Positions 24,901 to 36,840 of a DNA stretch of 64,000 nucleotides are shown one piece after another. A program made the position numbers and the translations under genes. Position 1 is the first letter of the stretch. Every line of letters begins with the position of its first letter. Where the stretch lies: positions 48,992,723-49,056,722 of the forward strand of contig NC_057719.1 in NCBI RefSeq assembly GCF_004010195.1, given 5' to 3'. Under the pieces are notes generated by a model, which saw only the letters and a program-made list of their open reading frames with translations, searched no databases and was not told the DNA's origin. The stretch is from Chiloscyllium plagiosum. Taxonomy: Eukaryota.

Positions 24901-27900
24901 TGTTCACTTTCATTTTATGGTGTTGCAGAATTTTTGCTAAGTTGTCTCTTAATTCCTTCCATTACACACGTTTTTCAAAGAAAACTATGGCCTTACGATC
25001 CATTCTGTCTGTATTTGCTATTTTCAAGACTCCCTCTTGCAGTAATTGTCTCTAAGGACTGATTCTTATTCCCTCAAGGTATCTACTTTTCAGATCATTG
25101 AAATTTAATAAAAGTTATACTTGGCAACTGCACAGCAAATCATTCCCTCTGGGACTGCTTGGTGAATTTCTCCAAACAGGATATTTTTGGATCAACAGTA
25201 TGCTTTAGTAAAGATCCAGTAAAAAAATTACATCCTTATGTAAAAGATACATCAACCTTCTCAAAACCTTCCTGTCCACAAAATGCGATGTATGTGTGAT
25301 TTGTGATCCCAATCTATCTCCTCATTTGTTTGATTATTAAAATCTATTCTGGATTCTCCAAACAGTTGATTTGTGAAATAAAACTGTTGATACCATTTTA
25401 CTAATTTTAAAATGATCCACTCGAGGCCAATAAAATTCTGAAACTTTATTTGAAACAAGAAAATTTGAAACAAACTTGAGAAAGTGTTGTTTTTCAAATT
25501 GAATATTGTTTTTCTACTTATAATTAATGACACCTCCCTTCCAATTTCACACCCTGTTCTTACACAAAAGGCAAATGTATGAATAGACACACAATTAATA
25601 AATAGATCTTTTAAGATATTTTACTGAATGATCGTTGTTATTAACTCTCACTTTGTTCCTAACATAACTGCTGATACTATACACTATTGCTAATGCTAAC
25701 TTTAAATATATCCATCTATGGAAAATTAATTTTGGTGGTATTTCTGTGGATGTTATGCTCCTTGGAAAAAATTGTATATGCTCTATTAAAAATCGCTTTG
25801 ATTTGATGTCAGCATTGCGTTATTATCATTTTCATGTCCTATATTGCTCTGGAAACTTTACTGTAAGATTCACTTATGGATGGTTAGCCTACATATAAAG
25901 CAACATCACAAGTTCTGCTCCGTCACATAGTAGCCACAACTACTTTCTTCTTGAAAAACTTAATGCAATTGGCCACTAGTTAAGGCTTTTTGAAGTAAGC
26001 AACCAGCCATAAATGACCAATGACAGTTTTTCAGACAGATCTTTAATCAATTGCCTTTTGATTTGATTGAGCCACCTCTTAAAATGTAAGAGCTATATTA
26101 GCAGTGTGCATTGTATCCTCTGTTATCATAAATCGAGATGAATCGCATGCTTTGCTATGCATGCCTATAACTTCACTGTATACAGAAAGGCAGTTTACAC
26201 ATTTTCTGATCATCCGGTCAATTGCTGAACTTGTCTTTCAAATGGCTTGATATTTTTCAGATTTTTGTCATTGAGCAAATGCTTGCAAACAACGTTCTTA
26301 ATTTTACCTTCAAAATATTCTAATGTGCTTTGTTACTGATATCTTAGGTGGGCAGCAATATGTGTCTCTGCAGCAATGGCATGTTTATTCAAACTTTTGG
26401 GAATAAGGAAATTAGTGGGATTGGAGGGGAGCATTTTTGTGTCATTCATGAAATTAGTTGTGCGCCCTTACCTTCCCTTCTCTTTGTTTTTTTTTTGCTG
26501 AACTGTTGCACTTGGTTTGTCTTTTTATTGCCCACGTTTAGATCTTGTCAGCTAAAGTTTGTCTTCACTTGTACTTCCAGTTTGGGTAACTCTGACAGTG
26601 TTTTTAAAAATATATTTTAAATCTCCCACACCATGATTGATTGCACTAAGTAAAGTGACCTCTCATTTTTGAACACATGCTGCATTTCTATGACCCCATT
26701 CCCTTTCCATCTCCCTTAACCCCACTCATTTTAGCAATACCTGATGCCAAAAATGTCACAGTTATTCTTACATCCAGCAGTGTTAGGGAATTAATTCCGG
26801 CACATATATTGGATAATATCTTCTCCTTATTAATTTGAAACATGTATAGGCTTGCCCGAATGTGGATGGATGTATTCAACTTCCTGACTCACTTCCAGTG
26901 GAAAATTCCAGCAGGAATGTCAAACAGAATAGCTGCAGTCTGTCCAGAACCTGTTTGAAAATGCGTATAGAAAATGTGAAAAATCTGGCATATTTCTAGT
27001 TCAAACTAATTAACAGTAACAGAAGCCTGTACAGTTTAATTCAAAAACTGGACAGTTTAACCCATTAATGGCTGTTTGCTAGTTTAACCCATTAACGTCT
27101 GCATTACACAGCTGTCTTTCTTTACATTCAGTTCTTACCCTATTATGAATTTGAGTGGAGATCTGGCATAGTTAATCACTGTTCTGAAAATCATCACAAT
27201 TCATTTGTGTGTATTTTATTATGATACCCATAATGTAATAGTAATACAAAGAAACAAATCTACTCAGTGACTTCCAAATGAAGAAATTACTGACTAGATT
27301 TCACTTTTTATAACTCGTTTATTGATTCTGATTTGTGTTAAACAGGAATTAACAGCAAATTTCTGTTGTTACAAACAATAAATTACAGATGGAGTAGCAG
27401 TAGAATAAAGACTGTTTCCTGATACTACAAGCATTTTTATCACCACCTCCATACACTCACAAATATGGCACTATGTGTAAACTGACAGACTTTCCTATAT
27501 GGTCTGTGGAACTTTAGAAATCTTGCTTTCCTCATTCAATGGATTTGCATCTCAAGTCACCTGAATCAATAGCTCAACTGCTTCTCAATTCCCTGGGACA
27601 GTCATCACCCAAACATTACATTCCTGAAGAACATCCTTGACTAGGTTCATAACAATCTTGATAGCACAGGTTCTCCAGGAACTCCTTTTGTAAATCTTGC
27701 TAAACAGCCTGGTTGACTGTAACAGAACGGATATGTTACAATGTAATTGTCCAAATCACAACCTTTGCTCTCATTATATCTTCAGCTTTCTGTTACTTTT
27801 AATTGCATTATGTAAACAGCTCAATGTAGGTGTGCTTTCTTCTCCCTGCTCAACCTTTTGCTTTTTTCTTTTTTGGTTACATTACATTTGGTCTGGATCA

Positions 27901-28411
27901 TAGCCTCTTTCATGATGGCACTGTTTCCAAGTTAAGGGCTACCAGGTCACCTGCCCAGTACTTCCTATTATCCAAGATGCCTTTTTAGTTGATGCAACCT
28001 CTTAAAGGTTTGTTTCAGATGTGCTTTTAACAACAATGATGGATCGTCTAGTCATTTGACATAAAATACACATTTCCTTCTTGTACTGTTTCCAGGTCAA
28101 AGGCTGTCATGAGGAAAGAAAGCTTTAACACAGTAAAAACGTAAAAATGCTAGGAAATCTCAGCAGGTCAACCAGCATGTATGAACAGAAACATTTCAGG
28201 ACAAGGATCTTTCATCAGAACTGAAGAAAGATAGAAATGGAAGCATTTTTAAGGAGTATGAAGCAATGAGAACAAAGGTGAAGTCCTGCAATAGGTTGAA
28301 GGTTAAGAAGATTAAATTTTTAATAAAGTATTGCATGATGCAATAGCTAAAGAGGTTGGTAATGGACATTGTAAGAAAGAAAGGTTATGTCCAAAATTAG
28401 GTGTGAATTAT

Positions 28412-28700
28412 ATAGTCATACAGTCATACAGCATGGGAACAGACCCAATGGTCCAATCAATCCATAATCCCAAACTAAACTGCTCCTGGCCCATATCCTT
28501 CCAAACCATATTCCAGAAGAGGACCAACCAATATCCTGTACAACTTCAACATGATTTCTCAACTCCTACACTTAAAGGACTGAGCAATGAAGGCAAGCAT
28601 ACCAAATGCCAGTTTAACCACCCTTGTCTATACGTGACACAAACTTCAAATAATTATGTATCTGCACTTCTCGATCCCTCTGATCTACAACATTACCCAA
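28412..28700 (-). mobile_element. Internally deleted CR1 3' fragment
   Basis: AGTCATACAGTCATACAGCATGG tail followed by antisense CR1 ORF2 sequence. Confidence 0.65.
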
Positions 28701-28711
28701 GTCTAGATCAG

Positions 28712-29842
28712 ATCGGTGCTGGAAAAGCACAGCAGGTCAGGCAGCATCAGAGGAGCAGGAAAATCGACATTTCGGGCAAAGGCCCTTCATCAGGAATAGA
28801 GGAAGGGTGCCTGCAGAGTGGAGAGATAAATGAGAGGGGAGGTGGTGGTGGGGAGAAAGTAGCATAGAGTACAATAGGTGAATGGGGGTGGGGATGAAGG
28901 TGATAGGTCAGAAAGGAGGGTGGAGTAGATAGGTGGGAAGGAAGATAGGCAGGTAGGACAGGTCTTGAGGATGGTGCTGAGCTGGAAGGTTGGAGCTGAG
29001 GTGAGGTGGGGGNNNNNNNNNNNNNNNNNNNNNNNNNNNNNNNNNNNNNNNNNNNNNNNNNNNNNNNNNNNNNNNNNNNNNNNNNNNNNNNNNNNNNNNN
29101 NNNNNNNNNNNNNNNNNNNNNNNNNNNNNNNNNNNNNNNNNNNNNNNNNNNNNNNNNNNNNNNNNNNNNNNNNNNNNNNNNNNNNNNNNNNNNNNNNNNN
29201 NNNNNNNNNNNNNNNNNNNNNNNNNNNNNNNNNNNNNNNNNNNNNNNNNNNNNNNNNNNNNNNNNNNNNNNNNNNNNNNNNNNNNNNNNNNNNNNNNNNN
29301 NNNNNNNNNNNNNNNNNNNNNNNNNNNNNNNNNNNNNNNNNNNNNNNNNNNNNNNNNNNNNNNNNNNNNNNNNNNNNNNNNNNNNNNNNNNNNNNNNNNN
29401 NNNNNNNNNNNNNNNNNNNNNNNNNNNNNNNNNNNNNNNNNNNNNNNNNNNNNNNNNNNNNNNNNNNNNNNNNNNNNNNNNNNNNNNNNNNNNNNNNNNN
29501 NNNNNNNNNNNNNNNNNNNNNNNTGTGCCCGAAACGTCGAATCTTCTGTTCCCTAGATGCTGCCTGACCTGCTGTGCTGTTCCAGCAATAAAGTTTCAGC
29601 TGCGGTGGAACTGGTCCTCCTGGGAGCAGATATGGCAGAGGCAGAGGAATTGGGAATACGGGATGGCATTTTTGGAGGAGGTAGGGTGGGAAGAGCTGTA
29701 ATCTAGGTAGCTGTGGGAGTCAGTGGGTTTGTAAAAATGTCAGTGTCCAGTCGGTCGTCATTAGTGGAGATGGAGAGGTCCAGGAAGGAGAGGGAGGTGT
29801 CAGAGATGGTCCAGGTGAATTTAAGGTCGGGGTGGAATGTGG
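28712..29842 (-). mobile_element. Younger Penelope-like element: pLTRs plus an RT C-terminal fragment, spanning an N-gap
   Basis: 29600-29842 on the minus strand reads FHPDLKFTWTISDTSLSFLDLSIS...KPTDSHSYLDYSSSHP...NAIPYSQFL (PLE RT). pLTRs lie at 28712-28797 (-) and 29524-29600 (+). Confidence 0.8.
29013..29523. other. Assembly gap (N run)
   Basis: Run of n characters. Confidence 1.
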
Positions 29843-31039
29843 AAAGGGAAGGTTGCTTGGAAGCACTGCATTGAAGATTGCATTATCAGAACTGATGCAA
29901 AGGGTTGGAGAAATTAATTGTTATACCATAAAATCCTTTGTTATTTAAACTGTTCTGGCCTCCATCTTATCACAGACCTACTCTGTCTTGTCACCTGTCT
30001 TGTGACTCCTGTCTTGTCACCTCTTCAACTAGCTTGAGAACATACATTTTTATTTTCCTTCACTTCTGATAATAGTTCATTAACTTGAAATGTTAGCCAG
30101 ATTTCTTTCCACAGATCTGTTGAGATTTTTCAGTGCTTTTTGCTCTTATTTCAGATTTTCAGCAGTATTTTGCCTTTTTTCTACCATCGTAGAGATAGCT
30201 TTAGAACTGTATTTGAAGACAGCAAATTCTGAATATCATAAGCACTTTAATAAACAACATATTACATGTTACACAAAAAAAACAATAGTTCAGCATATTT
30301 ACAAAACAAGCTTCATTAAAGAACCTGCAGTATTATTTCAAAATCTTCCAGAAGCCAAAATGCTTATCTGGCATAAGACATTGCTATTGTTCCTTGTCCT
30401 TTAAATTCTCGACAAGATATCTAAACTCATGTTGTTTTCGCCTGCAGTTTGCTCAATTCTTCGTGTAAATGACAGTCACATCACAGTCCATCAAAACAGC
30501 TTCTTGATTTTAATCTTCTCTTGAAATCTGGACTGTGGTCTGCGGTCTGTAAAGATGATTTTGCACTCTTAATCTTGCATTCTTAAAAACAATATTTTAT
30601 TATATTTCTACAGTCATGATCCTGGAGTGGAATTGTGATGTGTCACAATTCATTTGGGCTATTTAACATTTTCAAGAGCAGCATTGATTGCTGCCAAACT
30701 ATCTTCCTTCTGGGTACTAGAAGTTGTCAATTAGAATTCAAGCGGGAATTACTACCTTCATACTGTACATCCTTTGGTGCAGTTTGTTCATTTTCCTATT
30801 GAGTAAAATACACTTTGACTGGTTTAAGAACTTAATTCAGCTTCTGTTAACATTCAGCTAAGAAAACACGATATTCCTTTTTACTCAGTTTACAAATTGT
30901 CTTTTTTTTTCCTCCCTTTGCATTTGAACATTTTCAAATGCCTTTTTAGCAAGAGTGACTGTGTTATCATTTTGAAATTTCACCTTTCATTCAAGAACAC
31001 ATATCCTTCCTCATGGCCTTATAATGTTAGCCCTGGACT

Positions 31040-31460
31040 CAGGTTTTCCACTCTCCTATAAAGACAGAGGAGAATGAAAGAGATTCACAGTCAATGGGCA
31101 GGTAGAAAACTAACACAACAATTCATTGGACAGAGAGAACAAGTCTGAAATCCAGTCACAAAAAGTTGGCTACCCCAGCTAAGGTTTCAAAGGTATACAA
31201 TCAGCCCAGATCATATGAAGTCATTGTTAATCATGGTGCTGTATTAACTGAACCTAGCTCAGACCAATGTATATCGCACCAATCATAGCTGCAGAAAGTG
31301 AGGAAGGAAATGATGATGATGATGATGATGTGTATTCATACTGAATGTCAGTAACAAGTGGGAAGACAATCAACTTGTCATTCAAGAGCAACCAAGAATA
31401 AGACATAACTCTTCAGATGGGCATACAATCGCTAGATCAGGATGAGCTGTCAAACCTATA
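31040..31460 (+). mobile_element. Probable Gypsy-type LTR retrotransposon integrase C-terminal remnant
   Basis: About 31168-31250 translates as PAKVSKVYNQPRSYEVIVNHGAVL, resembling the W..A.V......PRSY.V....G motif of Gypsy integrase tails. Confidence 0.45.
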
Positions 31461-31494
31461 TCAAAACAATGATTGTTAACTGTTGATATATTTA

Positions 31495-31840
31495 ATTCAT
31501 TCTCAGGATGTGGGCATCATTGGCTGGGCCAGTATTTATTGCCTATCCCTAATTGTCCAGTGGACAGTTGAGAGCCAACCACATTGTTATGTAGTCTGGA
31601 GTCACATGTAGGTAAGGATGGCAGATTTCCTTCCCTAAAGGACATTAGAGAACCAGATGAGCTTTTCAAGATAATAAACATTGGTTTCATGGTCATCATT
31701 AAACTCTTCTTTCCAGATTATTATTGAATTCAAATTCTACTATCTGCCATTTTGGGGATTTGAACCCAGGACTCCAGAACATTACCTGGGTCTCTGGATC
31801 AATAGTCTAGTGGTAATACCACTAGGCTATTGCCTTCCCT
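31495..31840 (-). mobile_element. tRNA-derived SINE, third family, with a LINE-matched 3' tail
   Basis: Minus-strand head GGGAAGGCAATAGCCTAGTGG...GGGTTCAAATCCC. The tail AATAAATACTGGCCCAGCC..TGCCCACATCC matches the LINE ends at 200-258 and 34170-34232. Confidence 0.75.
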
Positions 31841-32742
31841 AATTATATAATTGCTCAATGAACAACACGTGCCTACGTACACAATGTATATCTATTTGGA
31901 ATTGCTTTTTTTATGGATAAATTGAATGTTGTGTTACATTTCACAGTGAACGTGTGATCTACCTTTTGGGAACGTGTTCATGATGTCATCACGATCATGG
32001 CATATGAGGTAATCGTATAAAATTTGCAATCTTTATCTTACTGAGGTCTGTTCTCTGGCAGTAGAAAACACTGAATGAAACATGCTGCAGTACACCTGAA
32101 TTGCTTAGCTTGAGCCCAGTGCCTGATCAAGTGTCTGTGATTGTAGTGTATATATGGAGATACCAGGTATTGTAATAAACATTTGTTTCATCCTTTAGTA
32201 CTATACAACCCACATCTCATCCTTAGCTTATGGGAGCTAACAAAAATACCTCAGTAAGCTATGCAACATCACGTCATAGTGACATATCATGCCATTGATG
32301 CTCAATCTGATGTTAATCCTAACATGCCCCTCTAAAGCCTGCAAATTGTCTTGTTACATCTGTTTCAAGTCTCTAAATGTCAGCTCCTCTCTCTTAACAA
32401 AGGCTCAAACCCTAAATGGTGCCAATGCCAACCTCTCAATCAAAAATAACAAAAATAAACTTGAACTCATAGCCCAATCTTCTGGTTAGTATGAAAACAC
32501 TGCTACTGAAAAGAAATGACCTAATGACCTTAATTGGATTTTTCTGACCAAACCTCCAATGGAGGATCCCACAAAGCTTCATTAGCACAGGAAACTCGAA
32601 GAAAGTCATAAGGAGATTCTGTGCAGAAGCCATGCACCCAATTTCATGGCACTAATTGCCACATTTGAGAAAGGGTTTAAATTTCCCAAAGCTTCTGAAT
32701 GTGCTTGCAAATGGGGTTATATGAGTGAATTTTAGCTTACAA

Positions 32743-33032
32743 TTAGATTAGATTACTTACAGTGTGGAAACAGGCCCTTCGGCCCAACAAGTCCACACCG
32801 ACCCGCCGAAGCGCAACCCACCGAGACCCATTCTCCTACACCTAGTACTATGGGCAATTTAGCATGGCACATTTTTGGACTGTGGGAGGAAACCGGAGCA
32901 CCCAAAGGAAACCCATGCAGACATGGGGAGAATGTGCAAACCCCACACAGTCAGTCGCCTGAGGCAGGAATTGAACCCGGGTCTCTGGCGCTGTGAGGCA
33001 GCAGTGCTAACCATTGTGCCACCATGTCGACC
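32743..33032 (-). mobile_element. HE1-type V-SINE
   Basis: Reverse complement of the 20176-20501 family, with a TTAGATTAGATTAC tail. Confidence 0.92.
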
Positions 33033-33061
33033 AAATGGGTGGATAGGATTCAAGGGTAGAT

Positions 33062-33250
33062 ACAGTGTGGTCCTGGAAAAAGCGTGGCAGGTCAGACAAT
33101 ACCTGAGGAGCAGGAGAGTCAACATTTCGGGCAGGACCTTTAATCAGGAGTGGGAGGGGGGCTGAGAAATAAATAGGGGGTTGGGGCTGGGGGAAAAGTG
33201 GTGGGATGACGATTGGTGGATGCAGGTAAGGAGTGATTGTGATAGGTGTC
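33062..33250 (-). mobile_element. Penelope-like pLTR fragment
   Basis: CTGGAAAAAGCGTGGCAGGTCAG...GAGGAGCAGGAGAGTCAACATTTCGGGC, homologous to 28712-28800. Confidence 0.7.
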
Positions 33251-33292
33251 CAATGCTTGGAATATAAATATGTAAATATATATAATATTTGT

Positions 33293-33610
33293 GGGCGGCA
33301 CGGTGGCACAGTGGTTAGCACTGCTGCCTCGCAGCGCCAGAGACCCGGGTTCAATTCCCGCCTCAGGCAACTGACTGTGTGGAGTTTGCACGTTCTCCCC
33401 GTGTCTGCGTGGGTTTCCTCCGGGTGCTCCGGTTTCCTCCCACAATCCAAAGATGTGCAGGTCAGGTGAATTGGCCTTGCTAAATTGCCCGTAGTGTTAG
33501 GTAAGGGGCAAATGTAGGGGTATGGGTGGGTTGCGCTTCGGCGGGTCAGTGTGGACTTGTTGGGCCGAAGGGCCTGTTTCCACACTGTAATGTAATCTAA
33601 TCTAATCTAA
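33293..33610 (+). mobile_element. Young full-length HE1-type V-SINE
   Basis: Intact A and B boxes, CpG-rich body, V-domain and (CTAAT)n tail. Confidence 0.93.
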
Positions 33611-33844
33611 ATAGATGGGGTGTGGAAGACAAATGGTTATGCAGATATGGCAGCAGCTGTATAGTAGAATTTGATTAGGGTGATAAGAGGCTAGGGTGTT
33701 GAGGCTGGGTCATGTGGTTCAAGTGTGCAGTCAGGTACAGGGGGGGCTTTGACATTCCAGAGACTGGAAGATCTGGGCCTGTGTTTGTTTAAATGCTGGA
33801 AAATTACAGTGAATCCATCTTACAATCTATTGGTCCAGAAGCAT

Positions 33845-34232
33845 CCACTCTCTCTACTACCGATGCCCAGTAACAGTAGTGTGTACTATCTACAAGATGC
33901 ACTGCAGAAATTCACCAAAGATCTTTAGCCATAACCCTCCAAACCCATAATCACTTCCATCTAGAAAGACAAGGGCAACATGGGTACACCATCACCTTCA
34001 AGTTCCCCTCCAAGCCACTCGACATTTTAATTTGGAACTATATCACCATTCCTTCACTGTTGTTGGGTCAAAATCCTGAATTCCCTCGCAAAGGGTATTG
34101 TGGGTTAACCAACAGTAGGTGGACTGCAGCAGTTCATGAAGGCAGTTCACCACCACCTTCTCAAGGGCAACTAGGGATGGGCATTAAATGCTTGCCATCT
34201 AGCAATGCCAATGCCCCATGAGTGAAGAGAAG
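33845..34232 (+). mobile_element. LINE 3' end, same family as 1-258
   Basis: GGACTGCAGCAGTTCATGAAGGCAGTTCACCACCACCTTCTCAAGGGCAACTAGGGATGGGC. Confidence 0.75.
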
Positions 34233-34321
34233 AATTCCATTAATTATTTAGTGTTGCACCAACCAATATTTGTATGTCTTAATATTTTAAATTATATTCC
34301 TTTTGATTTGTACATAATTGC

Positions 34322-34828
34322 CAATCAAGCGGGCTGCTTTGTCCTGGATGGTGTCAAACTTCTTGAGTGTTGTTGGATATGTATCCATATAGGTAATGGT
34401 TCAGTATTCTATCCCATTCTTGACTTCTGCCTTGTACATTGTGGACAGGATTTGGGAAGTCAGGAGGTGAGTTACTCACCACAGTATTCCTAGCCTCTGA
34501 TCTGCCTTTTGAGCCACTGTGTTTATTCTGTGAGTCCACTTGAGTTTTTCATCAATGGTAAGGCCCAGGATGTTGATTGTGGGGGATTCAGGGATGGTAA
34601 CACCATTGAGTGTCAAGAGGTGTGATTAGACTCCCTCTTATTGGAAATGGTCATTGCCTGGCATTTGTGTGGTGCAAATGTTACTTGCCATTTGTCAGCC
34701 CAAGCCTGGATATTGTTCAGATCTTGTTAAATTTGAACATAGACTGCTTCAATATCTGAGGAATCGCACATGGTACTGAACATTGCACAATCATTCCTAC
34801 TTCTGACCTTATGATGGAAGGAAGGTCA
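34322..34828 (-). mobile_element. Decayed LINE ORF2 fragment
   Basis: The minus strand has RT C-terminal-like sequence (WQVTFAPHKCQAMTIS...ILGLT-like). Confidence 0.6.
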
Positions 34829-35454
34829 AAATAACAAATAAAGCAAAGCTTATCTCATAAGATTGCCATGCATTCACATTATTCCATTTGCATGACATGT
34901 AAATTTAGTTTTTCCAAAATGGCTTCCACTTTGTCAGGTCTTTCACTTCCTTATCCAGTAGATTTGGTGCTTAAGTTACCTGCAATAACAGGTCCACTTC
35001 TTCTGAGTTATCTGGCAACAGTCGTCAGCTGAACAACACATTGACTCAAAGTTTCTTACCCAGGTTCACAATGGGCATGAACGTACCAGGCATTCCTTTA
35101 ATTGATACTTTTAATAAACCTGATCAAATGGTCTGGATGGCTCTGGCAAAACTAGTGTGTAGCAATGGAATTGTCTAATTTTCCATCTCAGCTCTAACCC
35201 TGACTTTAGCTTTCTATTGTTATATTAACACACATCCCCCTGTAAACTTTCTCTGTTCTTCTCCCATCGAAGCTTCCTCACCTTTGGACATCCTGCCTTT
35301 AGTCTGTTTCTTAATTTCATTCTTGTTAGTACTGTTTCCAGGTCAAAGATCATTTGGTCACATGTACCAGTATTTCATTTTACAATTGATGAAAATTCTT
35401 AAAAATCCTTTATTAACAAGCTTAAATGATCAAATCATATATTTTAAATATTGA

Positions 35455-35662
35455 TGGAGGGATAGGTGCTGGTCAGGAAATCTTCCTTAGCTCTTTTCAA
35501 ATAGAATCTTTTACATCCATTTGAGCAGGACCCATTACCAAGATTTAATATCTCACCCGAGAATGCAGCATTCCCTCAGTCCTCCACTTAGCTTCAATTT
35601 TGGAAAGGAGTTCGAAACAACAACCTTTAGATCCAGATACATGAGTGTCAAGGCTAACACCT
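35455..35662 (-). mobile_element. Degenerate Deu-domain-like SINE
   Basis: ATCTTTTACATCCA...TTTAATATCTCACCCGA...TGCAGCATTCCCTCAGT resembles the antisense DeuSINE core. Confidence 0.5.
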
Positions 35663-35891
35663 TAGTGTAGAGTATGCGTACATGCAATTAACATTCAGGT
35701 AAGTAATCATGACCCAAAACATTTCCAGTTACTTAAACTTTAGCCACATACTGTGTATACTAAGAAAACGTTGATACTCTTACTGACTTGTGCAAATTAA
35801 AAGAAATAACTGTGACTGTCTGAAAAGAATCACATGTAATAGGTACTACATAAAAATAAGTAAACAACTGTTAGTGATAAATACAAGTGGA

Positions 35892-36320
35892 TAGAGTCAT
35901 ACTGCATGGAAACAGACTTTTTGGTCCAACTTGTCTCCAAACCAGGTCTCCCAAACTAAACTAGTCCCATTTTCCTGTGTTTGGTCCATATCCCTCTAAG
36001 CCTTTCATATTTATGTACCTATCCAATTGTCTTCTAAATTCTGTAACTGTACCTGCATCTACCACTTCCTCTGGCAGTTCATTCCATGTATGAACCGTCC
36101 TGTGTGAAAACGTTACCCCTCACATCCCTTTAAAATCTTTCTCCTCTCACCTTATAATTATGTCCTCTTGTTTTGAACTTCATTACCCTAGGGAAAAGAC
36201 TGTTGCGTTTACCTTATCAATGCACGACATGATACAATAAATTTCTATATGGTCACCCCTCAACCTCCTAAGTTCCAGGGAAAGTCCCAGCCTATCCAGC
36301 CTCTCCTAATAACTTGAAAT
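35892..36320 (-). mobile_element. CR1 3' end
   Basis: TAGAGTCATACTGCATGGAAACAGAC...ACCACTTCCTCTGGCAGTTCATTCCA; same family as 44001-44340 and 61327-62056. Confidence 0.85.
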
Positions 36321-36619
36321 GCTATGCTTTGAATTCAACATAGTATATATAATTTATCTTGCTGAACTGATGTCATTTTCTAAGGCCAATTTTCTCAGTG
36401 AATGTGTGATTTATTCAGATTCATGTCAAATTCAGATACAGTGGGATTCCTTTCATAATGCAATCTTTTTCGTTAAAAGATCAACATATTTCAGAAGCTA
36501 ACTGATTAACTATTGCTGATAGCATAATAAAAATGCAAATTAAAAAGGACAAATACTTGAGCAAAAATTGCCAACCAAATGATAATGTTTGCATACAACT
36601 TCATTCAAGAATTCTGAAG

Positions 36620-36840
36620 TATAGGGGATGCCCGATTTACAACGTCTGGCTTACAAACACTCATACTTACTAACAAAATTCCAAACAAAGATTTAATTTT
36701 AAAGATGCAACATATGAACACTTCCCATACTTACGCACAACTGCTATACATTGACTGCATTATGCTCTGACTTGTGTACAAATCAACTTGCGAACGACCT
36801 CCCGAATGGAACCCCTTTGCAACCCACGACTGCCTGGACA
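36620..36840. mobile_element. Tc1/mariner-pogo (Tigger-like) non-autonomous DNA transposon (MITE), decayed
   Basis: The ends TATAGGGGATGCCCGATTTACAAC and TTTGCAACCCACGACTGCCTG resemble degenerate Tigger-type TIRs. Internal ACTTAC/ACTTGCG subrepeats are present. Confidence 0.5.

Larger units (their letters stand above)
28135..30180. mobile_element. Old Penelope-like element with inverted pLTR ends, containing nested inserts
   Basis: Left end AAAATGCTAGGAAATCTCAGCAGGTC...TTTCATCAGAACTG; right end TTCTGATAA...TTGAAATGTT...GAGATTTTTCAGTGCTTTTTG. Confidence 0.5.

Noticed and set aside
28965..29701. Long ORFs of 200 and 231 aa
   Set aside because: They are artefacts of translation through the N-gap.
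33007..33585. 192-aa ORF and the recurring MDCGRKPEHPEETHADTGR peptides
   Set aside because: These are antisense translations of HE1-type SINEs and are not evidence of a gene family.
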